Source: Octopus sinensis | Taxonomy: Eukaryota | Assembly (NCBI RefSeq): GCF_006345805.1 | Contig: NC_043001.1 | Span: 72,664,001-72,728,000 of the forward strand | Direction: 5' to 3' | DNA: 64,000 nucleotides | Shown: one piece after another, positions 14,594-31,020 of the stretch | How the letters are laid out: the number at the start of each line of letters is the position of its first letter | Numbering within the stretch: position 1 is the first letter of the stretch | Notes under the pieces: model-generated | Seen by the model: the letters and a program-made list of their open reading frames with translations, nothing else | What the model was told of the DNA's origin: nothing | Database searches by the model: none | Position numbers and translations under genes: made by a program

Positions 14594-15459
14594 ATTGTTA
14601 GTACAAATTATCTACAACTGAAATTAAGTCTTTAAGAATCTGAACCGAAACATCTGTCATTTTGTGTTTTACTTCGCAGATATTCAAAGAAATAAAAAAA
14701 AGTTTGTGTGCATGTGTATGTGTGCGCGTGTGTGTTCGTGCACATACACCTAAACATATATATGGTTATATAGGATTTGGTAAATGTCATAAAAAGAGAG
14801 AGAGAGATGAATGTATATTTGGCAGACAATTAGTTTGAATCAACGTTTCAGTTGTTAAAGACTGCCTTATACTAATTTATCTGACTTCTGAATGGCCATC
14901 TTCTTTGGGCAGGATATGCTGCAGCAAAAAAAGACAATGAAAGTTCGTAGCAGCTAACATGGAGTGAATACTGAAATGCACTTGATAGATCTTCTTTGTT
15001 GTTAATTTTGTTTTTGATATCGTAAACATTGGACCGGTTTGGTCAGCGACATTGGTCTTCTCGGACAAAAATGGCCAACGATTCTCAATAACAACAATAA
15101 CGAACTGATAAATACAATGGCTTAGAACTGGAAACCGACTGTAACTAATTACAAGGCTGCGTCTTATTCCAAGCTTTTTAGGGTAAGAGTGACTATCGTT
15201 CTAATCGGTTCTCACCAATAATAAGATGTTACTAATATGTATAGTATAAATGTATAACATTTATAATGCTTATATACAAACGTGGAATGACACAAGTTGT
15301 AATATTTTGCCTCAGAAAGACTGCTCAAAGAAATTAAAAAAATACAGAGCTTGCTCAAATGGTTGGCGGATCATTAGATACTGACTATTCCGCCTAATTT
15401 GGTCTCCTTAGAGAAACTATACACACACACACGCGCGCGCACACACCACTTCCAACGTC

Positions 15460-16500
15460 ATTGTTCAGGCCCAACGCACTCCTACCACTTCCTAAGATTC
15501 ATAAATCCAACAACTGTGGCCACCCCATTGTCTCTGCTTTCAATTACCCATACAGAATTATTCTACCAATCACTCGAACTCGTCGTTGCACCCCTAGTGG
15601 CTTCCATTCCAGATTCACAACACCATCCAAGCCCTTCATCGTCAATTCCTTTTTACTTCTCTCCTGGATATTCCCGACTCTTGTTCAACCTAGTTATCGA
15701 ATCCCTTTACACTGTCACCTTCATAATGAAGGCCTCCTCGATCTCAAATATTTTCTAGACCTACGTACCCATCCACAGCCTAGCACTCCTACCCTCCCCT
15801 GGTTGGCTGAACATGTTCTCAAACTGGTTTTCGTTCGCCGGATAGTTCAATCAACAGGTCTCGTGAGGGGCTATAGGAACGAAATTGGACTTCAACTACG
15901 CGAACCTGTCCATTAGCTACGTTGAAATCCGAATATTCTCACAGTCACTGGTCTCGCTCTTACGTTATACAGTCATTACGTCAACCATTATATTTGCACA
16001 ACCTCACTCAACTGCAAACATCTTAACTTCTTCCCTGTCATCCAGTCCTTTCGCTCTGTCCTTGAATTATCCTGCTCTGTCTCCTATACCACCGTTAACT
16101 TCTTTGCTATTTCCATTTCCATTAACCACCCCTCCCTTACCACTTCTATCTACTACAAGCTTCGGACTCCCACTCCTACCGCAACTTTATTTCCTCCCAC
16201 TCCATCCACACAAAACTGACTATCTCCCACTCTCGATGCTTCTGTTGCTGACGACACAGTGGTGTCGACCATGACTTCGTGTCACAGTCCAACGCCTGAC
16301 ACGTCACTTCACCCACCGGTGTTACCCTCACAGTAATCTAAGTTACTCTCACCCGCGATCTATCTATTGACCGTAAACCAACACTTTCTCCGTGCTTGTC
16401 TCACCATTACTATCTCTTTACACTATCCCCTCCAACGCACTAATTTACGCGCTCTTAGCACACTTCAATCCAAACCTGCCACTTCCTACATCTTCACCAA
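15460..16500 (+). mobile_element. Decayed Penelope-like element RT
   Basis: LPKIHKSNNCGHPIVSAFNYP and ESLYT motifs, and DFNYANL resembling GPNYANL; typical of PLE RT; multiple frameshifts. Confidence 0.8.
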
Positions 16501-17661
16501 TCCAACCCTTTTATTCTCACACATTAACATCCATGCTTAAGTTACAGTCCCACATGTTACCCATAGGCACACATATAGTAACAAGAATATAACACCAACA
16601 CTTCCAGCCCCAACAAATACTTATGTCAACTTTATTTTCACCTAACACGCCTATCCAGTATGACGTACAAAACAGCCTCACACACAAACAGTAATCAAGC
16701 ACACACACACACACAAACACATACACACACACACACACACACACAGTATACATGCACACAGTAGCTTCATACACACGCATGCATGGTAAGCTCACAGTTA
16801 TTCCACTTGTTGCTCACACCTAAAACGATCACTCTATCACTTATCCTAACATACAAACTTCCCTAAATGCTGTATTACATTTAATCCGGTCCCTTACTGA
16901 CCTGGCCATCTGCAGCAATTTTGGGTCTTGAAAACATAATCACGAGATAATTTTTAAAAACTGTCCTAATGACTAATATTGCTGATAAAGATTAAAACTG
17001 TTCCTTTTACAATGAATCATCCGTTTATCTTCATCTATATTTCTAATCCTTTCTCAAACAGTTGTGATAATTTAGATGAAGGTTTAAGTCTTTGTTTTTG
17101 CAGTAATAAAAATGGCGGTTACGAACCTCGTAAGAAAACTTTATAAGCTTCTAGTGATGTCATCATTCTAGTGGATCTCAATCATTAATTTGTTATTGGT
17201 AGTGCATAATATTTATGTAAGCTACATGTTAAGATGAAAATGACCACATTAATATTTTTATAAGTTTCCATATATTTTATTACCCAGAACATTTGCATTT
17301 ACATATGTACAGCAATTATTTCGATACAACATCAAATAGTGAATGTCATAGTTACAAGTTTTCATTGCATAAAATATTTTAGTTATTTATATGAAAATCA
17401 TTCATGGTTATTAAAGACAGCATAAGTAGAAAGAAGCTGAATACATTGTCATAGAACCGACCAAGAGTTGGTAGTACACAATATTAGGTAGGGTGAGTGT
17501 TAAAGTGAGAATATTTATATGTTTCCATATGTTTTATCAACTGGAAAATTTGTGTTTACATTTGTACAATTATTTGTACATAAATAGCACATACGAGATA
17601 GTGAATAAGATAGTTAAGTCTTCATTTCATGAAATATTTGTTATATGTATATATATGTACC

Positions 17662-17766
<105 letters not shown>

Positions 17767-17789
17767 GAATACAAAAATAGGACAAGATT

Positions 17790-18760
17790 GCAAAACATCA
17801 AGACAGTTAGATGATACAAAAAAGGACAAGAAAAAACAAGGACGGAAAAATTCGGAGTTTTCTTTCCTCAGTCGAGTTCCAGATTATCTTTGCAATTTCG
17901 GCTGATTATACTCGAGATTGCCCCAATCTGGCCAGTCCCAAAGAAAAACCAAGCTAAGAGCTCTAGATTCCTTGGAAGAAAGCAGCTAATGTATACGAAA
18001 ACAAGGACGAAAAATAAAACCGAGAAATAGTACACAACAGGACATTAACAACAGGTGTCTTTCAACTAAGGACGAATTAAATTAAGCTGGCGTGTGTGGA
18101 AGTGAAGCCTGGCGACAGGGACATAAGAGATGACAGGCTTGGCCGAACACCGGTCACGTGGAGAGATAGGAGAGAGGTAGAGGCAGAGGGATAGAAAAAT
18201 GTGAAGGGACGAGAAAAAAAGAAAAGGGACAGAGTGAAGTGAAAGAGGGGGGAATGTGAGAATGAAGAGAAGGCTAGGAAATGTAAGAGAGGGGGATCGA
18301 AAGAAAGAAGAGTGGAAAGAACGAAGTAAATGTGAAGGGGCTGATAGAAAGAATGAGAGTCGTACAAAATTTATATATATATATATATATACATATATGT
18401 ACTTACATATAAGAGACCAAAGTGTACGTACGCCGCCATATGTATATAAAAAGGAATGCAAAAAATGGGACAAGTACGCAAAATATCCAGACAGATGAAA
18501 CAAAAAAGAGACAAGAAAAAACAAGGACGGGTCATTCGGAGTTTTCTTTCTTCAGTCGAGTTCCAGATTATCTTTGCAATTTCGGCTGGTTATGCTCGAG
18601 ATTGCTCCAATCTGGCCAGCCCCAAGGAAAAAGTAAGCCAAGAGCAGTAGATTTCTTGGAAGAAAACAGCGAATGTATACGAAAACAAGGACGGAAAAAA
18701 CCCCCAGAGAAATGTACATAAACACAAATGCAAATAACAGGGCATTAACAACAGGTGTCA
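17790..18760. repeat. ~270-bp direct repeat pair (17790-18060 and 18480-18760), probable PLE terminal repeat
   Basis: Both copies read CAAGAAAAAACAAGGACGG...CAGTCGAGTTCCAGATTATCTTTGCAATTTCGGCTG...TTAACAACAGGTGTC; bounded by (TA)n. Confidence 0.8.
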
Positions 18761-19101
18761 TATATATGTATGTATATATGAAAATTGTTCAGGGACAGAG
18801 TTAAGTAGAAAAAGGGAAAATACCTTCTTACATTACTGACTAACAGAGTTCTGTGTAGCACCTGAAGTTGTTCTGTTCAGAAGTTCAATATCCCATCGTT
18901 TATAACGTTCAGTCAAAACTTCTAAAACCTTCGGCAGAACTATTTCATGGGAAAATTCACAAAACTCACTTTCAAGTCTACTGTTCATTTGGTTACACAC
19001 CAAATGATCTGATTGCTCAAATTATGTTCTTGAAGGCACTAACGCTTTTTATGGCAATATAGTTAATTTCTTGTAGCAAGTCTTGCCTTTTTATAGCATT
19101 A

Positions 19102-20022
19102 TAGCTATCCCTCGTTTATCGCGGTAGATTGGTTCCGAGACCGGACGCAATAACTGAATTTCCGCGAGTTAGGGACACCATATTTACAGTATTTATTTAA
19201 CGTGTATTTGAACTTTTAAAACCCTCCCTGTACTGTTAACAACGCACCCATTACAGTAGTCTATTAATAACAAGGACAACACTTTAGATTTAAAAAAATA
19301 AAGATTGTTACTGTACTCAACACGAAAGAAGTTGAAGTAAAATTTGAATGATAATGGTGATGAATTTGCTGCGCAGTAGAAATGATGATGATGAAGCTGA
19401 CGGCGGTGCCCTTTCCTGGGACACCTCTTCCACTTCTTCCGAAGGTGCAACCGTAGTAGTAGCAGCAGGAACTGGCTCCTTTTTACGAGGCTGCAAAAAC
19501 GTGATAGGAAGTTGCTGCCACTGCTTCTTTTTCCATTCAAAGAGCATCTTGTAGGGATTCATGACTTCGTCGACCTTGTTGCAAAATTGCACAGAACGAA
19601 CCATATCATCGTCCCATTCCTGTGACCCCTCTTTCAATTCTTTAGCCAGGTTGCAGCGCTTGGTCAGCCGTTCCAAAGTCAAGCCAGTTTGGTCGACAGC
19701 TATTTCCGTTTCTTGCTGCGTTTCTTCTTCTTCTTCTTCTTCTTCTTCTTCTTCTTCTTCTTCTTCTTCTTCTTCTTCTTTTCTTCTTCTTCTTCTTTTC
19801 TTCTTCTTCTTCTTTTCTTCTTCTTCTTCTCTTCTTCTTCTTCTTCTTCTTCTTCTTCTTTCTTCTTCTTCTTCTTCTTCTTTTCTTCTTCTTCTTCTTC
19901 TTCTTCTTCTTCTTTTCTTCTTCTTCTTCTTCTTCTTCTTCTTCTTCTTCTTCTTCGCTTTTAAAAATCCGCGATGTTGTGAATCTGCGATAGTTGAACT
20001 GCGAAGTAGCAAGGGACCACTG
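19102..20022 (-). mobile_element. Tigger/pogo-type DNA transposon deletion derivative with internal (GAA)n
   Basis: TIR-like ends ..TCCCTCGTTTATCGCGG and CGAAGTAGCAAGGGACCACTG-TA; transposase C-terminus GLTLERL..WDDDMVRSVQFCNKVDEVMNPYK..QLPITF. Confidence 0.8.
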
Positions 20023-21016
20023 TATAGCTGGGTTGTAGTTCTAAATTGGGAATCTGAGTAAGATGGTTTGAGACTCAGCAGAAGCCTTGCTGCAAAGTCT
20101 CACCCTCTGTAATATGTCAAGTCAACCTTAAGTGAACAAATTCATTCAAACCTAATATCTAGTTTCCAACTTAGCTAAGCTGAAAGAAAAAAAAAGAAAC
20201 TAAGTAAATGTCTTGTACAAGGACATAATACTTAACAGACATTTGGATAAGAATTCATGGGATGGTGCCTCTAATTGAAACAATCTTTAGAATTCTTTGT
20301 CTGTCTCTTTCTCTGTTTGTTTGTCTGTCTGTCTCTCTTTTCTCTCTCTCTCTCTCACTCCTTGTATCTCTCTATCTGTTACTCTCTCTGTCAGCTTCTT
20401 TCTTTATCTGTCTGTCTCTGTCTTTGTTTCTCTCTTTCTTTCTTTCTCTCTCACTTTATGCCTCTCTCTCTCTTTCTTTCTTTCTTTCTCACTATATGCC
20501 CCTCTCTCTCTCTTTTACTCACCCCTTTCTCACTTCCACCCCTCTTTCACTCCCCCATTTCCCAATGATATATCTACCTTTACTTTATCAATTATATGAT
20601 GAAGAGTAGGTACAACATGGCCTACTTACTTTGCAAACACAAAGTCCTGGGTTTGATCCCACTACATGTAATTTTAGATAAATACCATTTTCTATTGCCT
20701 CTTGTCAACTCATCCTTGTGAGTGAAGTTGGGTTGATGGAAACTGCATAGTAGCCCATCAGACAGATTGTACCTGCAATTCAAATGGAACAGCCTTACCA
20801 CTGGCTGTGTCACTCTGATTCTGCCTGAGAATTATATTATGGGTACACCTATCTGTGGAATGTTCAACCACTTACACATAATTCAGGAGCAGCTAACTCT
20901 GATCAAACAACAATAGCCTCAGTGTTCAAATGAAAGAGACTAATGGCTAATGTGCCAAAGTATTCTGCCACTGAAATTAATCAGAGAACCAGTTTCAATT
21001 CCTAGTTAACAGACAT

Positions 21017-21436
21017 AGGCGTAGGAGTGGCTGTGTGGTAAGTAGCTTGCTTACCAACCACATGGTTCCAGGTTCAGTCCCACTGCGTGACACTTTGGGC
21101 AAGTGTCTTCTACTGTAGCCTCGGGTCGACCAAAGCCTTGTGAGTGGATTTGGTAGACGGAAACTGAAGGAAGCCCGTCGTATATATGTGTACATATATA
21201 TATATGTGTGTGTGTGTGTGTGTTTGTGTGTCTGTTTGTCCTCCCAACATCGCTTGACAACCGATGCTGGTGTGTTCATGTCCCCGTAACTTAGCGGTTC
21301 GGCAAAACAGACCGATAGAATAAGTACTAGGCTTACAAAGAATAAGTCCTGGGGTTGATTTGCTCGAATAAAGGCGGTGCTCCAGCATGGCCGCAGTCAA
21401 ATGACTGAAACAAGTAAAAGAGTAAAAGAGTAAAAG
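21017..21436 (+). mobile_element. tRNA-derived CORE-like SINE, family B, full length
   Basis: GGAGTGGCTGTGTGG and GGTTCAGTCCC boxes, TTGGGCAAGTG core, (GAGTAAAA)n tail, TSD AGACAT at 21011-21016 and 21437-21442; second copy at 61765. Confidence 0.9.
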
Positions 21437-22513
21437 AGACATGTCAACAATATGGCTGTAGGGAAAATATCTAGATATCTAGAGAATGTGTCTGCATACT
21501 CAATACACATATATAGCAGGGCCTATAAAGTCAATTGTTTAAAAAAAAAACTCAATTAACCAAGATTATTCATGCAATTATTAGATAAAATACTCCTGTT
21601 GAGGTGTTTAAAATCTTAAAACTGAAAAAGCCTAAAGTGATAATTCCCATTAACCAATTGAAATCTTTTTTGAAAATCGAAGATGATATAGATGAAAGCA
21701 GATTTAAAGTCTTTCACCATATGGCTCATAAGAGTGAGCTTTTGCTTGCTAATTGCAAAGATAATCTCAGTTAATCAAGTTTTTCAACTCAATGTACTTA
21801 AATAAAATATATATTCTTTACTTTTAGGATAAAACTATTAGAAGAGCATGGAAGCCACACAAGATCTTGTCTTTCTTTATTCTTTAGTCTCTAATTTGCT
21901 TTAATCCTCATGACTAAAGCATACTCTGCATTCAGATTAGATTAGATTAAAAAACAAGACAACAAAAAACAACAAACAAAAAACTGAGATGACAATGACG
22001 GGAATAGACTTTGAAATTTGTGATGTGATATTTAGCTGTTTCTCTGTCATAAACATATATGTATCGTCATTGTTGTCATCATCATCATCATCATTTTACA
22101 CTCACTTTTCCATGCTTGCATTGGTCAGATAAAATTTGTTGAAGCAGATTTTTTTTTTTACAGCTGGATGCCCTTCCTGTCACCAACTTTTACCAGTTTC
22201 CAACCAAAGTGATATTTCCCCATGGAAGGCTGGAAACAAATAACATCACTGGCATAATGGGAGTTCTCATTTACAAGACAAGTGTACACACAGACACACA
22301 CATGTGTGTCTGTGTGTGTGTGTGTATTTCACTTAGGCATTGTAAGACTAATAACCTAGTGTAGAACTCATATACGTATTCTTCAGAACAACATATTAGT
22401 CAATTACAGAGCAGTAATAAGAAAATAAAATGACAAAGAAATAAACGATTATCTTATGACCTTCATATATAAATAAACTGTATTTTGTATTCAGGGCTCC
22501 AATCAGGCTATAA

Positions 22514-22775
22514 ATAAAAAAATATAAATGTGCCCTTTTAAAGCCTAGCCAGGCTCATGGGCCCGGTTTCCTGGTTTCAATGGCGTATGTCTTCCCCAGC
22601 TGGATGGGACACCAGTTCATTGCAGCATTACTCATTTTTGCCAGCTGAGTGGACTGGAGCAACGTGAAATGAAGTGTTTTGCTCAAGAACACAATGCGTC
22701 AGTTGGTCCAGGAATCGAAACCACAATCTAATGATCATGATGCTGACACCCTAACCACTAAGCCACATGCCTACA
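22514..22775 (-). mobile_element. Family C SINE with 14-bp target-site duplication
   Basis: TSD CAATCAGGCTATAA at 22500-22513 and 22776-22789; tRNA-like head on minus strand. Confidence 0.9.
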
Positions 22776-23399
22776 CAATCAGGCTATAAGGAGTTATTTA
22801 AGCACTCAACTATGAGTCTACTGCATCCTGTAGCAGAAACAGCTGTAAGCTAATGAAGTTCATAAGATAATTTGTTTCTTTCTGTGTCATCTCATTTTCT
22901 CATATGTGTGTGTGTACATACATATATACGATGTGCTGTTTCAGTTTCTTTGTTCTAAATCTACACACAGTGAGACATAACCTGAGACCACATGGTTATT
23001 AAATCCATTATAATTCCATGTTTCAAAACAATTTAAATGGTGGAGTTGTTCTTGTGTGACAAACAACTTGATTTGAGACTCTGTTAATACTGAAGTAAAA
23101 TACACCACAGACGACATCCATGTTCAGGGCTGGCCTAGGGCTGTGTAAGCCATGTTGCTACCTCTTACTTTTTATTTGTTTCAGTCATTAAACTGCAGGT
23201 ATGTAATATAGGGGCTTTAGTTGAATGAATCAAATGAATGAATAAAATCATTCTCAGTACTTATCTTTTATGGCTGGTACTTATCCTATCATCTTTTGGG
23301 TGGTTTTTTTTTTACCAGACTGCTAAGCTTTGTGGACATAAACAACCCTATATTACATGTCTGCAGTTTAATGACTGAAAAAAATAAAAAGTAAAAGGG

Positions 23400-23493
<94 letters not shown>

Positions 23494-23978
23494 TACACAC
23501 ATACATTTACATGCATGGCTGGGCACCTTGAACAAATGTTTAGAGGACACTATGGCTCAGAGCCCAACTGTGTCTTTGTGAGGAGATTTGATAAGCACAA
23601 ACTGAAAGAAGCCCACTATATACACGCATGTATGTAGATAGATACGTGTGTAAATATATATGTTAATATATGTATATTTTTAAAAAAAGGATTGAATGTA
23701 GATTCGTCCTTTAATTAGTGTAGTTTCCAAAAGATTTCCAATGTTGATTCTTCATACTTTACTTTGAATTTACCAATGTTAATTACAGCAGTTGTAAGTG
23801 AGTGTCACTGTTATGAAAGAGTTGTTCTTTCTTTCCAATCTTCCACAAAATCATGTGTGAGCAAGGTTATATATGTATATTAAGTATATGATTTAAGTTA
23901 TAGGACAAATGCAATCATATTTTTTGTAAATGGAGGAGATTAGATATGAATATGGAATAAATTATCTTTTATTCATTT

Positions 23979-24059
23979 CGCTATATGATTGTTTCATGCA
24001 GAAAAACAATAAATTCATTATCAGAATCTGAGTTGTCAAAAGAGTACTCATCAGTAGCA
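23979..24059 (-). ncRNA. Degenerate copy of the same hammerhead in the opposite arm
   Basis: Minus strand TGCTA-CTGATGA-GTAC...GCAT-GAAA-CAATCA-TA-TAGCG; stem III broken by CpG-type transitions. Confidence 0.55.
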
Positions 24060-24208
24060 CAATAAGAAAAAAATAATAAGTTGTGGTTTAAATAGACATG
24101 ACTCCAAGAACAATTACACATTACAAAATTTAGTAAGAACACCATACCCATGTAATTCTTAAGTCTCCCTTTTTTCTTTATTTAGTTTTTATTATTTTTT
24201 TCTTATTG

Positions 24209-24288
24209 TGCTACTGATGAGAACTCTTTGACAACTCAGATTCTTAAAATGAATTTATTGTCTTTCTGTGCGAAACGATCGTATAGTG
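24209..24288 (+). ncRNA. Putative type I minimal hammerhead ribozyme
   Basis: TGCTA-CTGATGA(24214-24220)-stem II-GAAA(24272-24275)-CGATCG-TA^TAGTG; stem I TGCTA/TAGTG; palindromic stem III. Confidence 0.7.
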
Positions 24289-24377
24289 AAATGAATAAAA
24301 AATAGTTTATTCCATATTAACATCTAATCTCCTCCATTTACGAAAAATATGATTGAATTTATCAAACTTTGTCCTAT

Positions 24378-27320
<2,943 letters not shown>

Positions 27321-27928
27321 TACTGTATCATATGAACGTCATTGCTGATGTCATTGATTCTCAACCAATCAGCAGACAGTATTAGGTTTGGGCTAATGAG
27401 TGTGTCACTACGTGGTTGTTAAACATACTAGAAATAGCAACCAAATTACCTTTAAATCATAGTTTTTTTTTTTTAAATGGGAATGAAGACGTTAGGTCAT
27501 GTATTTCTATATGTTATATTCGAAAAATAGGTGAGGGTCATGGCTGAAATGATTGTGATGATAATTTTGCTTGAAGGAAACTGCTCTGGGGCTAATAGGC
27601 AATACTATCTCACTGATGTTATTGAATGAAGAAAGGAGTCATAATGTGGTCTGTTAGAAATAACAGTAAATCTCCCCCTTCTGCTAAAGTCATATGAACT
27701 TTACGCAACCATGAACAGGAATATAAGCTATTGTCTAATTATTAAATCCTAAATGTGTTTCACCTGAAAATGTATAGGTAGGTGTTAACATATTTAAAAG
27801 GTACAATATTAAAAACACATTTACATACTTCATTCACCACATCCACACACAAATGCACATAAATATATATACATGTGTACTTATACATACATATATACAG
27901 ACATATATATAACATAGATACATCTATG

Positions 27929-29740
27929 GACAGGGCCCTACTTCCATCAGATTGATAACCCTACTTGATATGTAGAAAAGGTGTCAGATGGAATTCCATA
28001 TGGTGTACCTAGTGTATGCTATGGACACACAAAAAGTACAGTAGAATAATGAGAAAGAAAGTAATGTTTGTATGTGGAAGATGCACAGGAGCCATAAAAC
28101 CTACAGATACTCGGGAAAATGATTTCCTCAAATGCCTCAGAGGCTGTTAAGAAATAGTGGATAATTTTTGTAACCTAGGGGATCTAATAAGCAGTGGAGG
28201 AGGATGTACTAAAAGTTTCATTGCTAGAATAAGAATAGGATGAAGAAAATCCAGGGAGCGTTTACCTCTAATGGCAACCAAAAATCTCTCTCTCTCTCTC
28301 TGAGTGAAAGGAAGATTGTATGATGCATGTGTATGAACGGCAATGCTACATGGCAGTGAGATGTGGACTCTGTATGCAGAAAACGTGCAAAGTCTGGAAG
28401 AGGAATGAAATTAGTATGCTCTGCTGGATGTGCAATGTCAGTGTACATGTTTGACAGAGCACTAGGGTATTGAGAGAAAAGTTAAGCATAAGAGGAATTA
28501 GGTGCAATTTACAAGAGAGAAGAGTGTACTGATATGATTATGAGATGTGTATGGATGTGGACAGTTGCATAAACAAGTGCTGATCACTTAACGTGGATGG
28601 AACTCATGGAAGAGAGAGGCTCAAGAAGACATGGGACAAAATACTGAAGGCCAATCTCAAGATACTGAGCTTTATGAAGAAAATGACAAAGGACCAAAAT
28701 CTCTGGTGCCTTACTGTACTCAAGAAGCTCTGTCCACCACGGCAGAATTGATATCCTAAACCACCTAGGTTAATGCTTGTCTAAGAGGGGCTCTGCCCCA
28801 TGCCCACCTACATCTTCTCTGTCCCATCAACCATTTTCTCCTACCTTTCATTTCCTATAAATCATCACTTCTCTAACCCCTGAGAACAGAATAGATTCAT
28901 ACTACATTACCTGCTTTCCTAATTACTTTCTTCATCCCAAACCACTTCCATTTCCCATTATCTACCCCCATCTACTGTCTCCACCAATCACCTCCTTTCT
29001 GTGCCATCTCTCTCCTGTGTTGTTCTCCATTATTAACCCCTCACTAATTTGCTATAACCCTCAATGCCATCACATACCTATTACAACCCCTGCCCCTGAC
29101 TCAGTCACCTCTAACCTATCCATCCATCCAGTCTAAACCTTTGTATCACCCCACTTATTCTTACCACCCCAATATCCCTCAAGGGCATGTCCTGACATAT
29201 CCTCACCACCATTTCTCTCACTTTTTTCTCTCTTATTGATTCACCTACTCTCTTTTTCTTACTCTCTAACTCACTCTGTTCTTTTTCAACTGGAATATTA
29301 ATGTATCCACTCTACAGCAAGACATCTGTCCCTGTTCCTCTATACCTTTAATCTCTCATCAACTGGCACAAAGCTACTACTACCCTCACTAATACTCCCT
29401 CCTTCCAGCTGAGGGGGTTTTTGTCTCGCAAATTACTCAGTGACTCTGTTGGTGCTGCTGCTGCATGAAAAGACCACTGCCAGTGCCATGTAAAAAACAC
29501 TGGTGCTGGTTTCACATAAAAAACACTGGTGCTGGGACTATATATAAAACGCCAGTACTGGTGCAACATTAAAAGCACCCAGTACACTCTGTAAAGTGGT
29601 AGGCATTAGAAAGGGCATACAGCCATAGAAACCATACCCAAACAGACAATGGAACTACGTGTAGCTCTAGCCTTATCAAATCCTGTCAAACCCATACCAG
29701 TATGGAAAATAGATGTTAAATGATAATGATGGTGATGATG
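27929..29740 (+). mobile_element. Decayed RTE-clade LINE, 3' half (RT C-terminus, 3' UTR, (GAT)n tail)
   Basis: LGDLISSGGGC..IARIRIG, KGRLYDACV.TAMLHGSEMW and GR.R.KKTW motifs. Confidence 0.85.
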
Positions 29741-29741
29741 C

Positions 29742-29764
<23 letters not shown>

Positions 29765-29772
<8 letters not shown>

Positions 29773-30251
29773 GCAGAAAAGAAAAGCCAAACAGTTTGGC
29801 AAGACTTGACAAGGACATTTAATTTAGTCTCATAATAAAAAGTATTTGTCCAACTTTGGAAATGCTTGCATCCATTTTCTCTTGCCATGGATTACTATCA
29901 AACCAACCTTTCTGTCTATGAATTTATTTAAAGAATATCCATTTTAATTGGATTTAATTGGATTTCTCCTCCCTTTCTAGACATAATGGACCACAATAAT
30001 TATTATCTCCCACCATTACATATGTTACCACATATTTGTCTGCCATTACATATGTTTAACTTATCTCTCTCCAATAATTGAATACTCAGCCTATGGAATC
30101 CTCACTTGGCACAAGTTCCAATAGCTAAAAACAATGTTCCAGTTCTAGAAACAGCTGTTAGAAACTATCTAAACCTTTTATTATATAGCTAAATTAAATC
30201 TCCTTGTCAAGTCTTGCCAAATTGTTTGTCTTTTCTTTTCTACTTTAATAT
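29765..30251. repeat. ~75-bp inverted repeat pair
   Basis: 29765-29841 is the reverse complement of 30175-30251 (GGCAAGACTTGACAAGGA / TCCTTGTCAAGTCTTGCC). Confidence 0.85.
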
Positions 30252-30357
30252 TACCTACTGGCTAAAGGGGAAGCCACTTCTAGCTGCTCTAGAAAGGCAA
30301 TCACAAAATTACATCTTCAACTGTAGTTCAAACCAGAATTTTAGTGGCATATAAAAT

Positions 30358-31020
30358 AAAGACTATTCGCCAACATAATGTGGCTGTCCTGGATGGGATG
30401 ATTGTTACTGCTGTTTAGCCCCAGGAAACATTGTTTCCAGCTGGCTATATGACACAATATCTGTGTCCTTATATTTTCGAACAGAGAACCCAGCAGCCCC
30501 ATCTAGCACAAAGCAACATCTGGTTTCTGGGTTATTGTTCTTTCTAAATCTCTCAAAGAGAAATAATCAGTAACAGAAAACATCCCATACAGGACAGCTA
30601 CATTATGTTGGCAAGTAGTCTTTACTTTAAAGAACTGTTACTTAATATCTCTCTTTGAGGGATTTAGAAATAATAATGTTTTTATTTATTAGATCAGTGA
30701 TTGTGTGTCACTTTGAAAATTATATATTTTTGAACAGGAATTCAGCAACACCACCTAGCCAAGCAGCTACTCTGTGCTGACAAAGAACAATAACCCAAAA
30801 ACAGATATTGCTTTGTGCTGGATGGTGGTGCTGAGCTCTCTGTTTGAAAATATAAGGACATAGATATTGTGTTGTATAGCCAGCTGGAAACAATGTTTCC
30901 TGGGGCTAAACAACAGTAACAATCGTCCCATCCAGGACAGCCACATTATGTTGGCAAATAGTCTTTACTTTAATGAACTGTTACTGAATATCTCTATTTG
31001 AGAGATTTAAAAATAATAAT

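Noticed and set aside
14877-15190. Possible exon or promoter with donor GG|GTAAGA at ~15182
   Set aside because: No recognisable peptide or acceptor; a lone donor-like word is expected by chance
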